64,000 nucleotides of DNA from Haliotis rufescens. Taxonomy: Eukaryota. This document shows positions 28,225 through 39,968 of the stretch, in pieces. Location of the stretch: positions 66,712,001 through 66,776,000 of the forward strand of contig NW_025964001.1 of assembly GCF_023055435.1 (NCBI RefSeq). The letters run 5' to 3'. Both the position numbers and the translations under genes were made by a program. Position 1 is the first letter of the stretch, and every line of letters begins with the position of its first letter. The notes under the pieces were generated by a model. It saw nothing but the letters and a program-made list of their open reading frames with translations. It was not told the DNA's origin and searched no databases.

Positions 28225-28563
28225 TCAATATACGACGTCATCAAGAAATAACGTCATGATAAAACAATAATTTATCGTGAAATAAACCAGGCTTCGTTCT
28301 TCATTGTCCTTTGCGATTTTTTAAGTTGCAATCTTATCTTAATATATATGCACGTCATTCAATCACCGTGTTAAACCAAGGTATTGTTAGTCTGAAATCG
28401 TAAAAAAACTGTTATTTAACGTTCAGTGAAGTAACTTTCTAGGAAGAGGGCGGAGAGTCGATGTGAGGTACGTGTAGGCAGTGTTAGCAACGAGGAAGTT
28501 TTATTTGATTTAATACGTCCAAATGTCCACCTCTATTTCAAGGATCGTTCGTAATGTCAACTA

Positions 28564-28738
28564 CAGTAGACTACAGTTAAAACGAACACGCTTATAACAA
28601 ACTGACGGATATAACGAACTCACTTTTTGGTCCCGACCATTTGCTGTAGTTATGCTGTATATATGCTTATAACGAACTTCGGTTATAACGAACTAAAATA
28701 AGTAGTCCCTTTGAGTTCGTTATAACCGTAGTTTACTG
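28564..28738 (-). mobile_element. pogo/Tigger-type MITE, copy 2
   Basis: TA|CAGTAGACTACAG...CCGTAGTTTACTG|TA. Confidence 0.9.
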
Positions 28739-29722
28739 TATTCGTGTATTCTCATCTAGGAGATAAACGTTCTGTGTTTTTAATTTCGAGCTCTGTCACT
28801 GTAGGCTTGTCGATGGACATTGAAATGAAGTGGAAAACACGTTATGAAATTTGACACGTTAAACGTGACGCACTGAGGTATATTCTGGTCACTGTTTCAA
28901 GCATAAACCTTGTTGAAGGTCATATATACATAGATGTGGCAGTAATAGAACTGTTGCAACTCTCGAAATGCCGTCCACGTGTATACCATAAAACTTTTTG
29001 AAAGCTTTACTAAAGCCTTGACTGTTATAACCCTGATCAAATAACTTCGAGTGTCGTATGACGCCCTTTCAAATCTTCGTAGAAAGAGCATGCTCGGTTG
29101 TACCTTAAAATTGTAAAATGTAGACGCCAAAGGCTGGAGCTTCTGGAATATTGCTCGACATAAAGTAACGAACTATTTCTTGTATAGGGAATCATAAACA
29201 CATGCTCATGATATAATCGGAACCGTACTATCGACTCTGCTTTTAGCAGATATTTATTATGAATATGAAAATAATATTGTCGCTTTTATTGCCACAGTCA
29301 TGTCGATAGTTGTTTTGTCACTCCGAACCGTTGTGCATAGATCTAAGTACGAAACAGATGATATGGATTCACTGGTCCCTCATATGTCACGTGGGTAAGT
29401 TTGTGGAAGGGAATTGGCTTTTTAAAGTGGACATCGATATATCTGAAGCTTTAGTTAAACTTCTTGGCAAAATGTTCTTGTTTTGATTTGCTAATCCGAG
29501 CAGAAATTCTTGTCTTCGAAACACGACGGTCATAAATTGCTAAAGCGTCGTTTTCGCTAAAACAACCTGCGTCACTTTTGTAAACAAATCGTATGCGTCG
29601 TGCAGATGGTGCTTTGTGATGACAGCTGCATTGCTGTATCCACAATGTGAACAGTATTACCGTACGTTTCATCGTAAAAAGAAATGCACCGTTTGTGATA
29701 ATTCGAAGTTAAAGCAATCAGG

Positions 29723-30203
29723 CAATGTCATTAAAATCAGACCTTAGTTCTCGCTACCGCTAAACAAGGATCTGAGGACATCCCATTGCGGGTCACGTCA
29801 GACCGACCTTGCGCGAACTTTGACCGACCAATAGAATGACCAATCAGAAGGCAGCTTTCTCCTGCTTTACGGCACTAATTTCAAATTGGCGACTATGCTT
29901 CGAAACATATTTTGACAAATTCTCGATTACATATTTGAAACCCAAACAAAAGAACATTCTGGAATGGCTAATAGATGGTCTAGATAGTATGGATTCAGTC
30001 GTTAAACTTGTAACTACTGTTCGGAATACCCCGTGTTAAAGTTTTCGAGGTTGCATGATTAGAAATCACATTCCGACTCCCTTTCATGATCTGGTAGGCG
30101 ACGCTCTTATTGGTCGGATTAAAGGTCGTTCTGATGTGACCCCTAATGGGAAGTCTTCAGATCTTTAGTTAGCGAGAACTAAGATCTGATTTTCATGAGA
30201 TTG
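29723..30203 (+). mobile_element. Non-autonomous AcademH-like DNA transposon with RecQ helicase N-terminal remnant
   Basis: About 100-bp imperfect TIRs (CAATGTCATTAAAATCAGACCTTAGTTCTCGCTA / TAGCGAGAACTAAGATCTGATTTTCATGAGATTG); 10-bp TSD AGCAATCAGG (29713-29722 / 30204-30213); internal FSITYLKPKQKNILEWLIDGLD resembles the RecQ motif-0/Q region. Confidence 0.75.
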
Positions 30204-31197
30204 AGCAATCAGGAGACCGCGAACTGAACGTATGAACTTTCAAAGTAGCCAGGCCCATGTATGATATATCAGCCAGGTTTTATCACACAGTATACGGTAA
30301 TTGTTGGGCTTGGCAACAACAACACAGACTCTTTTATTCCAAGTTTCTGAGATGAAGCCACCATTTGTCACAGAGGCATGTTAACTAAATGTGCCTATCC
30401 AATTGGATGCAATTAAACCCCGTGATGGGAAGATGCAATCACAATATCATGTTCAATCAAGCGTGACATTTACCTCAATCAGTCAGAAATGGAAACATAA
30501 AAGTCGATGAATGGCGGAAAAGTAAACGAGTTCTAGGTGTTTATTTCACATTTCCCCGGAGTAAATTGCAACTTCATACGGCATGCGTGTCGCCTAATCG
30601 ACACTACGGAGGGCTAGATGAACAGGAAATTAATTTCCCGAGCATATTTTTTGCATCAACTTTACCAGTTCATTTGTCAGGCAAATAGAGACGAAATTTA
30701 CTATCCATTTTCACTATCAATAACATCCTGATTCGGGGGCATATATATACACGGTGGAATAGACACGGGAGTTCAGTGCTGTGATTGGCATGTGAAACTT
30801 ACATAGCGCAGGGATACATGGCGCAGAGAACAGGCTTTGTGTCAGTCATACGTTCAGCGGAGGTTTACGCTTAGTGAAAGTCTCTGCATCTCTGGTATGT
30901 CAAGGTTATATTATTGTATTATCTGTATTGCATATTTTTTATCACTTTATTTCTTTTTTTCTTGGGTACAGATAGGAAATGTATTTTCAATACTACATCA
31001 CATTATATTGGTCAATATGAGTATATGAAGTTAATCTTTTGTGATGCATATTAAATGTATATAGGATTGGCACATTTGTCAAAACAGTATGGTTATGCAA
31101 CAAGGTTGTTGATGACGACCAGAAAGTCATGAATTTATCGTATTCACATTTCGTGTATTAGACATATTTTTGCGTATGATGTAAGCTTAAGATACTA

Positions 31198-31300
31198 CAA
31201 TAAAACACTGCAGGGAGAATAAACCATGAGGGGCGCAGCCCGAGTGGTTTATTATCCCTACAGTGTTTTATTGAACGACAAACAACGACCATGAGTCATG
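31198..31300. repeat. Long hairpin repeat (left arm also at ~27357-27406), possibly from a Crypton-type non-autonomous element
   Basis: CAATAAAACACTGCAGGGAGAATAAACCA...GGGCGCAGCCC...TGGTTTATTATCCCTACAGTGTTTTATTG. Confidence 0.6.
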
Positions 31301-31583
31301 TATTTCTCATATGTGATATCAACATGATGTACAGCCTCTTTAAGGATGATGAAAAAATGTATAGGATTTAGAAATATTTATCCGTATTTTAATAATGATG
31401 AATTTATGAACAAGTGGGTTTGGTTTTAGTATTTCCCGCATTTTCTCACAATCCTCACGTCGATTATCTGTACCTTTTCTCCAAATACCGATTGTAACGT
31501 CTCTCCCCCTTTTGGATGCAATCGTTCGGCCACTGCGTGTATCTGCGTTGCCGAGGTAAATCTCTGGGGAACAACTCATAAGT

Positions 31584-31969
31584 ACGGAAACCTTTTAGGG
31601 CCATTTGTTTTTTAAAAAACATTTCGATACTATCTTGACATTTCAAGATACTAAGTAGAAATTTCAAGAAACTAAGTTGAAATTTCAAGATATTAAGTTG
31701 AAATTTCAAAATATTATCTTGGAATTTTAAGATATTAAGTTGAAATTTCAAGATACTAAGTTGAAATTTCAAGATACTAAGTTGAAATTTCAAGATAATA
31801 CGTTAACATCCTAAGATGTAAATATACGTTTGAAGTAAAAATCTTTAAATTTCAAGATCTACGGAAGCCTTTTAGGGCCATTTGGTTTTTTAATTGTTTT
31901 TCGATACTTTCTTGAAATGTCAAGATACTAAGTTGAAATTTCAAGAAACTAAGTTGAAATTTCAAGATA
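31584..31969. repeat. Duplicated unit TACGGAA(A/G)CCTTTTAGGGCCATTTG followed by 21-bp palindromic minisatellite AAGTTGAAATTTCAAGATACT
   Basis: Leader at ~31584 and ~31860, each followed by tandem 21-mers. Confidence 0.85.
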
Positions 31970-31970
31970 G

Positions 31971-32272
31971 TATGCGGACCTCGCTTTCGAAATGTCACGC
32001 TTGCATCCCAAGTACCAAGTTGTCCCACTCCCCATTGTTCTCGGTGCCTTAGGTTTGGTACCTCCCAATCTGTTGACTGACATTGGGAGAGTACCCGGGT
32101 TTGCTACCAGGATGCAGAAGGCTGCAGTGTTGGGGAGTCTTCACATTCTCCGAATAGATCTGGGTGGGTTTGACTAGACAGCGCTTCCTGGAAAGAGTCC
32201 CATTCGCCGTCTGGGCTGCGTGTCCTAACCAGCCTGATTATGCCAGGATCACCCAAACCCTCTTTGCTGCAT
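31971..32272 (+). mobile_element. 5'-truncated R4/Dong-clade (restriction-like endonuclease) non-LTR retrotransposon 3' end
   Basis: YADLAFEMSRL...VVPLPIVLGALGLVP...MQKAAVLGSLHILR* matches the characteristic R4-clade C-terminus; 3' UTR runs into gap. Confidence 0.8.
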
Positions 32273-32429
32273 NNNNNNNNNNNNNNNNNNNNNNNNNNNN
32301 NNNNNNNNNNNNNNNNNNNNNNNNNNNNNNNNNNNNNNNNNNNNNNNNNNNNNNNNNNNNNNNNNNNNNNNNNNNNNNNNNNNNNNNNNNNNNNNNNNNN
32401 NNNNNNNNNNNNNNNNNNNNNNNNNNNNN
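32273..32429. other. Assembly gap
   Basis: N run. Confidence 1.
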
Positions 32430-32934
32430 GCCTTTTGTGGGACGCAAAACAAGGCCGATAACATTTGAGGAACGAACAAGCTGTTTAATGTTTATCATAA
32501 CATACATTGTCAATATAACATGTAGCACACACTGACACTCACGTCACCGCATGCTTCTTTAAACATAGAAACAGAGTACATCGATTTTGAATCTATGAAA
32601 ACAGTTTTGTGATGTGTTGTATCACAACGGCTAGTTCAATTTGAGCCGATGCTACAAAATAAATACTTCATATTGACATTGGTAGTAAATATTGTGTGAC
32701 AACAGCCATTGAGAATATTCATAGAAATAATGGAGGTAGTATTTGTGTAGGAAACTGCTTACGTCACAACAGCTCAGCCTACACGAGGTCAATATTCCTC
32801 GTCTATTAATGCGGCATTTTCAGTCGTTAACACGATGTGTCGATGCGAGTATGTCAAAATAGATCGTTTGTTTCAACAGTCACAAGGTCAGTGCGTAGGA
32901 ACTAACCATTTGATATTCGAAGGGGTGTGTGTTT

Positions 32935-34240
32935 TTTATTGTCTGTTGACATCGAGGTTTCATTGTATGATGACATCGGGGTTTCATTGTATGCTGACAT
33001 TGAGGTTTCATTGTACGATGCCATCGGGGTTTTATTGTATGATGCCATCAGGGTTTCACTGTATGATGCCATCGGGGTTTCATTGTATGATACCATCGGG
33101 GTTTCACTGTATGACGCCATCGGGGTTTCACTGTATGATGCCATCGGGGTTTCATTGTATGATGCCATCAGGGTTTCATTGTATGCTGACATTTAGGTTT
33201 CATTGTGCGATGCCATCGGGGTTTTATTGTATGATGCCATCGGGGTTTCATTGTATGGTGCCATCTGGGTTTCACTGTATGATGCCATCGGGGTTTCACT
33301 GTATGATGCCATCGGGGTTTCACTGTATGATGCCATCGGGGTTTCATTGTATGATGCCATCGGGGTTTCATTGTATGATGCCATCAGGGTTTCATTGTAT
33401 GATGCCATCAGGGTTTCATTGTATGCTGACATTTAGGTTTAATTGTGCGATGCCATCGGGGTTTTATTGTATGATGCCATCGGGGTTTCATTGTATGGTG
33501 CCATCTGGGTTTCACTGTATGATGCCATCGGGGTTTCACTGTATGATGCCATCGGGGTTTCACTGTATGATGCCATCGGGGTTTCATTGTATGATGCCAT
33601 CGGGGTTTCACTGTATGATGCCATCGGGGTTTCACTGTATGATGCCATCGGGGTTTCATTGTATGATGCCATCGGGGTTTCACTGTATGATGCCATCGGG
33701 GTTTCATTGTATGATGCCATCGGGGTTTCACTGTATGATGCCATCGGGGTTTCACTGTATGATGCCATCGAGGTTTCATTGTATGATGCCATCGGGGCTT
33801 CATTGTATGATGCCATTGGGGTTTCACTGTATGATGCCAACGGGGTTTCACTGTATGATGCCATCGGGGTTTCATTGTATGATGCCATCGGGGTTTCACT
33901 GTATGATGCCATCGGGGTTTCATTGTATGATGCCATCGGGGTTTCACTGTATGATGCCATCGGGGTTTCACTGTATGATGCCATCGAGGTTTCACTGTAT
34001 GATGCCATCGGGGTTTCACTGTATGATGCCATCGGGGTTTCATTGTATGATGCCATCGGGGTTTCACTGTATGATGCCATCGGGGTTTCACTGTATGATG
34101 CCATCGGGGCTTCACTGTATGATGCCATCGGGGTTTCATTGTATGATGCAATCGGGGTTTCACTGTATGATGTCATCGGGGTTTTATTGTTAATGCCATC
34201 GGATTTTTATTGTATGATGACATCGGGGTTTCGTTGTTAC
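32935..34240. repeat. Minisatellite, 24 bp unit CTGTATGATGCCATCGGGGTTTCA
   Basis: Direct tandem repetition. Confidence 0.97.
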
Positions 34241-34847
34241 ATGTTGAATTTAATTGCATGTGGATAACAATAAATATAGGAGGGTTTTCACTGTTTCCCA
34301 CATGCAATGAAATTCAATTGTTATATTTGTTCTGAGTTTAGTAAAAATCTTTTTTTTTGTGGCTTAGCACTATATTAATCGTGGTGCTTGAGATTCAATA
34401 ATGTGCAGTATCTAATTAAAGGAAGTACGTATAAAATTCACCCAATCTCTAAGGCACCATATGTACATTTCCATCAATTCTACATTACTGCAGGACAGCA
34501 CGATAGCAGCCAATGATAAAGGCTTCTCCAAACGTTCAAACACATGTTTGATTGACATTAAAAAACCGCATTTCTGTACGTTAGTATAAAGAATATTCAA
34601 GATTAGAAGATGGCATGCAGAAAGTTTGAACGATAACAATGCTTGAATGAACACCCTTGTCTGCCCCGTTTAAACAGTGACCACAGGCTTGTGTCATGAG
34701 AGACTGAAGCCAAATCGCGCTGAAAGTTATATTCATCTAAAAGTATACCGCTTGACGCAAGCAAATCAACGGTAGATAAGTATGTTTCCACTAAACCCGT
34801 TTACTCATGAAATATTGTGTTCACACGTTTGACCTAGTTTATAACGA

Positions 34848-35012
34848 GTGGGTTAGTGAGTATGGTTTTACCCTGCTTTTAGCAATATTCCAGCAATATC
34901 ACGGCTGGGGACACCAGAAATGGACTTCACACGTGTACCAATGTCGGGACTCGAACCCGGGTCTTCGGCATGACGAGCGAACTCTTTAACCACTAGGCTA
35001 CCCGACCGCCTC
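34848..35012 (-). mobile_element. SINE family C, full length
   Basis: 12-bp TSD AGTTTATAACGA. Confidence 0.93.
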
Positions 35013-35094
35013 AGTTTATAACGAATTCCTTCAGTTCTATCAAATAACTTTTTTAAAAGTTATAAACTTTAAGTTATAAAGGGAACGAGTTTAT

Positions 35095-35833
35095 CGACGC
35101 AGAGGGGAACCTTTGGCTCCGGTGTGTATTCGAGAGGTCCATCCATTCGGCGAGGGAGGTGTCATGGTGTGGGGCGGTATTTGTGGAGATCAGAAGACTG
35201 ATTTTGTGATTATACAGGGAAACCTGAACGCTGTGCAGTACAGAGACCAAGTGTTACAGCCAGTTGTGCTTCCGTTCTTACAAAACCAACAGCAGGGGAC
35301 ATTGTTTCAACACGACAATGCCGGGCCCCATACTGCAAGACTCACTCGGAACTTTCTAAACCAGCAGAACGTTGACGTTTTGCCCTGGCCTGCCCACTCA
35401 CCCGATATGAATCCTATTGAACATCTGTGGGACCATCTTCACAGACAGATTAGAGCACGTCACCAGCCTCCCATCAACAGACAAGAATTGCAGCAGGCCC
35501 TGAGAGACGCCATCGATGAGGCGGCGTATCACAGCATGCAGCGAGGCAGCTGGAGGTCATACACGCTATTGAAGGCAACTGTGTCGACAATGAACTTGTA
35601 GTGTGTCTGACAATTTTTGGGTGACATTTCAGACAACTTTTGAAAATGAAATTTCTTACCCCTACATTGTTTACCTTGAGCTTACATTACCTGTGATTGC
35701 ACAATTTCATTCAAACTGTGGATGATCAATCATTTGTTACCCTCCCTAGATTATATTATAATTCACAAAACCTCTTCTTGTTATTTTTTATCGATCATGG
35801 AACTCGACCTATTCTTTCTTTTGCCGCCCAGTT
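35095..35833 (+). pseudogene. Tc1 (DD34E) transposase C-terminal remnant with probable right end
   Basis: GGVMVWGGI, FQHDNAGPH, WPAHSPDMNPIEHLWD motifs; ends CTTTTGCCGCCCAGTTTA. Confidence 0.92.
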
Positions 35834-37002
35834 TAGTTACACTTAAAATCAATATTAGACTGCTAAACTGTACAATCCCTAAGAACCTAATCGTTTCGAC
35901 AGACCAGGATTGAGAGGTTGTGTTTTGCTGTACTGACGATAACGGTAAACGGTAATGTCAAAGATCAAACTGTAATTTATTTTCCAAATGATTACATTTT
36001 GACAGTTGAAAGCTGGAGAGCCACGGTTTGAATTAGTGAATGTTTATGTTTCAAATGATATGGGAATGTTTGCGTCCTCGAACTAATCCATGTTTAAACA
36101 ATGACACAAATGTTGGATTGCATTTCAATATCCTGGAATACATTTGACGGGAGTCTCTTAGCCATGCTGATTTATTATGTTTGTATTCCAGGCAACACGA
36201 CACTTATGAACCATTAATGTTTTATGGAAAAAAATGAAGTTTTATCAATGTTTTTCCTTTAACAAAAGGGGCGTTTTGATTGAAATATTTATCAATATCC
36301 CCGCACATTCGTATATTATTCTCAGCCTGTTCAAGGAAGATATGTCACGTTTTCCAGATTGATGGATTTGTCGCGTTTTCCAATTTTTTACAAGAATGTA
36401 TAATGTTCAGCAAACACAATAATTATAGCGAAAATAAAAAAACAACGCGAAAAACAAAACAAAACGCGAAACCGTTCCGTAAAGCATTCCATATTAATGT
36501 AACGCGAGTCTACGCGCTTCCATTGTTAATTAAAATGTACAAAAACCCATTACATTCAACCACTGGAAACCATTATAAAAATAAATTCGTTAAGTGATAA
36601 AAAATACTAAAAAATAGTCAGATGTCAATCTCTTTGACGAGGAAATAGCTGATTCTGAACCACGCCCCGCAGACTTCGTTTACATCATGTTTGATCAGTG
36701 AGCTCTTCAGACAGTTAACCAGTTATCAAGCTATTTTCAAAGTGCGTTTTTCCTGTTATTCCAGAAGACGTCACTGATAAACTATTCAGGACTATAAATA
36801 TCACCATTATTGTAAACCAAAGCATAAAAGAATGTATGAATCCCGTTGTCTAGTTACGAACAAGATCGATTTGAACTAATATACAACAAAGAAACAAAGT
36901 GTTTGACGCACATCGTCAAATATTTACCATCTCCCTGATTATTAGAAAAGCACTTTGATAAAGCCTCGTCCCTACATCAGTGGAACACACGTCTATTCCG
37001 CT

Positions 37003-37255
37003 GACCGCCTCCGTGGTCTAGTGGTAGGGCGTCCGCCCGGAGAGCGGAAGGTCCGGTGTTCGATCCTCCAAAAGACGTTAAAATATGGTACTTGTTGTTA
37101 CCCTGTCTGGCGCTCGGCATTAAGGGGCTAAAACAAGGACTGGTCGGCTCGGAGTCAGTATACTGTGTCTGAGTGGGGTAATCACGTTAAACTGCGGCAT
37201 GGTATCTCAGTGTGCTAGCACTATAAATCGGCATCAGTCCGGACTAGTACAAGCA

Positions 37256-37289
<34 letters not shown>

Positions 37290-37349
37290 CACGTCGCTAT
37301 ACAAGTGCAATAATCTTGGACGTGACGTTAAACCCCATTCACCTCACCT
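37003..37349 (+). mobile_element. SINE family D (tRNA-like head, internal (CA)n)
   Basis: A-box TGGTCTAGTGG, B-box GTTCGATCC; 10-bp TSD CTATTCCGCT; central region recalls the Meta/MESC-type SINE domain (from memory, unverified). Confidence 0.9.
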
Positions 37350-37811
37350 CTATTCCGCTTAACATAGAAATGACTGATTCAGCCTTCCTTGCAAACAGGC
37401 AAACATAAATTGAAACCTCACAAACTATTTCAACATACATCATCTTCTCAATCGACGGATTTTTATTCATGTTACTGATGAGACCAAAAGTCCTGAAAAA
37501 CATAGTCTGGGTGTGTTACAAATTCAAACCTTTTCATGGCTCTTAAATGAACATAGATAGAGTTCTTATAGTTTTTGTACAGTCACATGTCGTTAATTTA
37601 CAAAAAAAAGAAATAACATTTGGATTGTGGTAGAAACAGTTATTTAGATGTTTGCCCTTAAATCATTGGAAACTGGATACATACATCTTCAGTATATTCA
37701 TCTTCAATACAACTATTTTTACATTTTCTACAAAGTGAGACTCATCTACTCACTCAGTACATTTGAAGAATATCTCTGTCTGTCTGCTGTCATCACTTGA
37801 AGACGTATGTA

Positions 37812-37905
37812 CAGTAAACTACGTATATAACGAACACTCTTATAACGAACTGACCGATATAACGAATTTATGTTTTAGTCCCGGCCATTTGTTGTATATA
37901 TATGT
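37812..37905 (-). mobile_element. pogo/Tigger-type MITE, truncated copy 3
   Basis: TA|CAGTAAACTACG..., only one end present. Confidence 0.8.
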
Positions 37906-37967
37906 AGACTTGTTCATATTAGTTTCTTTCTTGAAGTCAGGGAAATCAGTCTTTTTCCCTAATTTTA

Positions 37968-38268
37968 TGAGTGAGTGAGTGAGTTAGATTTAACGCCGCT
38001 TTTAACAGTATTCCAGTTATATCACGGCGTGTCAGTTTAATGTTGGAGTAAAGTGATGCAGGTCTCATACGTTTACCACTGCGTCCCTTGGGCACGCCAG
38101 AAACCTATGATTGTGGGTTCGAATCCCGTTTCGCCCCGATTATGCTTCTAGGTTTGTCAGTCCCATACCCGTGCTCGTGGGTTTCACCGAAGTGGTAAAC
38201 GTCTAAGACTTCGGTCTTTTTCTCCCACATTAAGCTTACACGCTGCGATATAACCCAACTCACCCACA
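37968..38268. mobile_element. Two fused SINE A fragments in opposite orientation (tails pointing outward)
   Basis: Minus-strand 3' part 37968-38080 joined to plus-strand body 38081-38268. Confidence 0.85.
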
Positions 38269-38415
38269 CCACGCTTTAATAATATACTATGAATGTGCAG
38301 ATACAACCGATTCAAAATAAAACAAAAATAAAAACATATATTCTTTCTTTTTCAGATGACGTCTCAAAACGCTGCTGCTGCTGTATGAAGATGCCGTGTT
38401 GAGAGTACGACAACG

Positions 38416-39039
38416 ATGGACAGACACCAAGGTATGCGGCCACACAGGGCGACGTCCCCAGTCTACATCCCAGAGCGGAAGGTGAAACGCCGTCGCAACG
38501 ATCCAGGGACAGAGGAGATTATTAAATTTGTCCGTGAGTTCCAACTGGAAAAACAGCCTACCCTCCTCCGTCTTCAACGTCGCGCACCCCTCCCAGGTAT
38601 CGGCGAAGTCGCACCGGCTGTCGGAGACTCTGGTTACGTTGAGAGGACAGAGGTGTCGGACAGTGATGATGATCCCATGCTGGACAGTGAAATAGCCGCG
38701 ATTGAGGACAATGCTAAATCTCTACGTCGGACAGGGTCGTACTTGAAACTGAAAACTGATTCTCAGTTCAAGAGACGTTTGTCTGTTAATTCTAGATCAT
38801 ATCAACATCTTCCGTCCAAATCTGTCAGTCGAACGAAATTCGCGACAGAGAGTATGCATAGTTCGTTTGGCGGACTTCGACTAGCGCGGCAGAATACATT
38901 AATGAAGCAGCTTCCACCAATCAGAAGACAGGAAATACCCGAGAGACCTTCCGCCCCATCGCCTAGTGTCACTCCGCCCCTTCCCGGAGAGGACCTAGAT
39001 TCTGCAGGTGAACCGGTTGATTTCATAGATCCGGCGTAG
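38416..39039 (+). CDS. Uncharacterised 207-aa low-complexity protein, single coding exon
   Basis: Strong acceptor TTCTTTCTTTTTCAG at 38341-38355; in-frame stop upstream of ATG; GC-richer non-repetitive ORF; candidate AATAAA at 41185. Confidence 0.75.
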   Translation: MDRHQGMRPHRATSPVYIPERKVKRRRNDPGTEEIIKFVREFQLEKQPTLLRLQRRAPLPGIGEVAPAVGDSGYVERTEVSDSDDDPMLDSEIAAIEDNAKSLRRTGSYLKLKTDSQFKRRLSVNSRSYQHLPSKSVSRTKFATESMHSSFGGLRLARQNTLMKQLPPIRRQEIPERPSAPSPSVTPPLPGEDLDSAGEPVDFIDPA

Positions 39040-39497
39040 TGATTTCATATTTGCACTGCCAGTCATCACGATAACAAACAGTGAACGTTAGCCATTCGGA
39101 TATGCAGCTGTTGTAAGACGTCGATATGTTTCACTGAGGATAAGTAAACGCAACTGCGTGTTACTTACATACGCTTAGTGCTGTTGCACAGCAGAAACCA
39201 ACGTGTTTCTTTCTCATTCCGTTGCAGCATGTGGCCAATATGATGATATTGGTGTCAATTTGATCATGTCATAATTCCCAGGAGCATTCATTTGTTGCTC
39301 ATGGGACCACAGCGTGTCAACGTGCAAATTGGACTGATAAGGATTCTGGGTCAAGGTACAAAAGGGACATCACTCACGGATTACATTTACTTTGTCGATG
39401 ACCCATAAACATGCTACTACAAGTACTTAAAATGTAAGATATGAACGTGTGAACCTTACAGCATCCATCTTCGGTAGTCCAGGCTTTTGTGTAAGTC

Positions 39498-39511
39498 GTA
39501 TCCATGGCAAC
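39498..39511. promoter_or_regulatory. RFX X-box-like motif GTATCCATGGCAAC
   Basis: Close match to GTNRCC-AT-RGYAAC; function untested. Confidence 0.35.
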
Positions 39512-39682
39512 GGCGGCGTTGTAGCCGACTTGGGACATACGTCAACTCATCGCATCATGGCGACTAGCATGAACCGTCGCGAGATCCATGACACGTTGAA
39601 CTGTCAGTGAAGCTGAAATTACATGGACGTTGATCCGGGCTTACCCAGACTGTACATGGAGCACTAACATTCCTTCGTATGA

Positions 39683-39968
39683 GTGAGTGAGTGAGTGAGT
39701 GAGTTGGGTTTAACGCCGCTTTTAACAGTATTCCAGTTATATTACGGCGTGTCAGCTTAATGTGGGAGGAAAGCCCGAAGTGATGCAGGTCTCAGACGTT
39801 TACCACTTTGGTGAAATCCACGAGCACCGTTATGGTGCTGACAAACCTAGAAACATAATCGGGGCGAACCGGGATTCGAACCCACGATCATAGGTTCCTG
39901 GCGTGCCCAAGGAACGCAACTCTGCACAGCGAATCGCGGCGCCTTAGACGACTGGGCCACCCGTGCCC
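39683..39968 (-). mobile_element. SINE family A, full length
   Basis: 12-bp TSD TCCTTCGTATGA. Confidence 0.93.

Noticed and set aside
32835-34267. MMPSGFHC repeat protein
   Set aside because: 24-bp minisatellite open in several frames on both strands; no unique coding flanks
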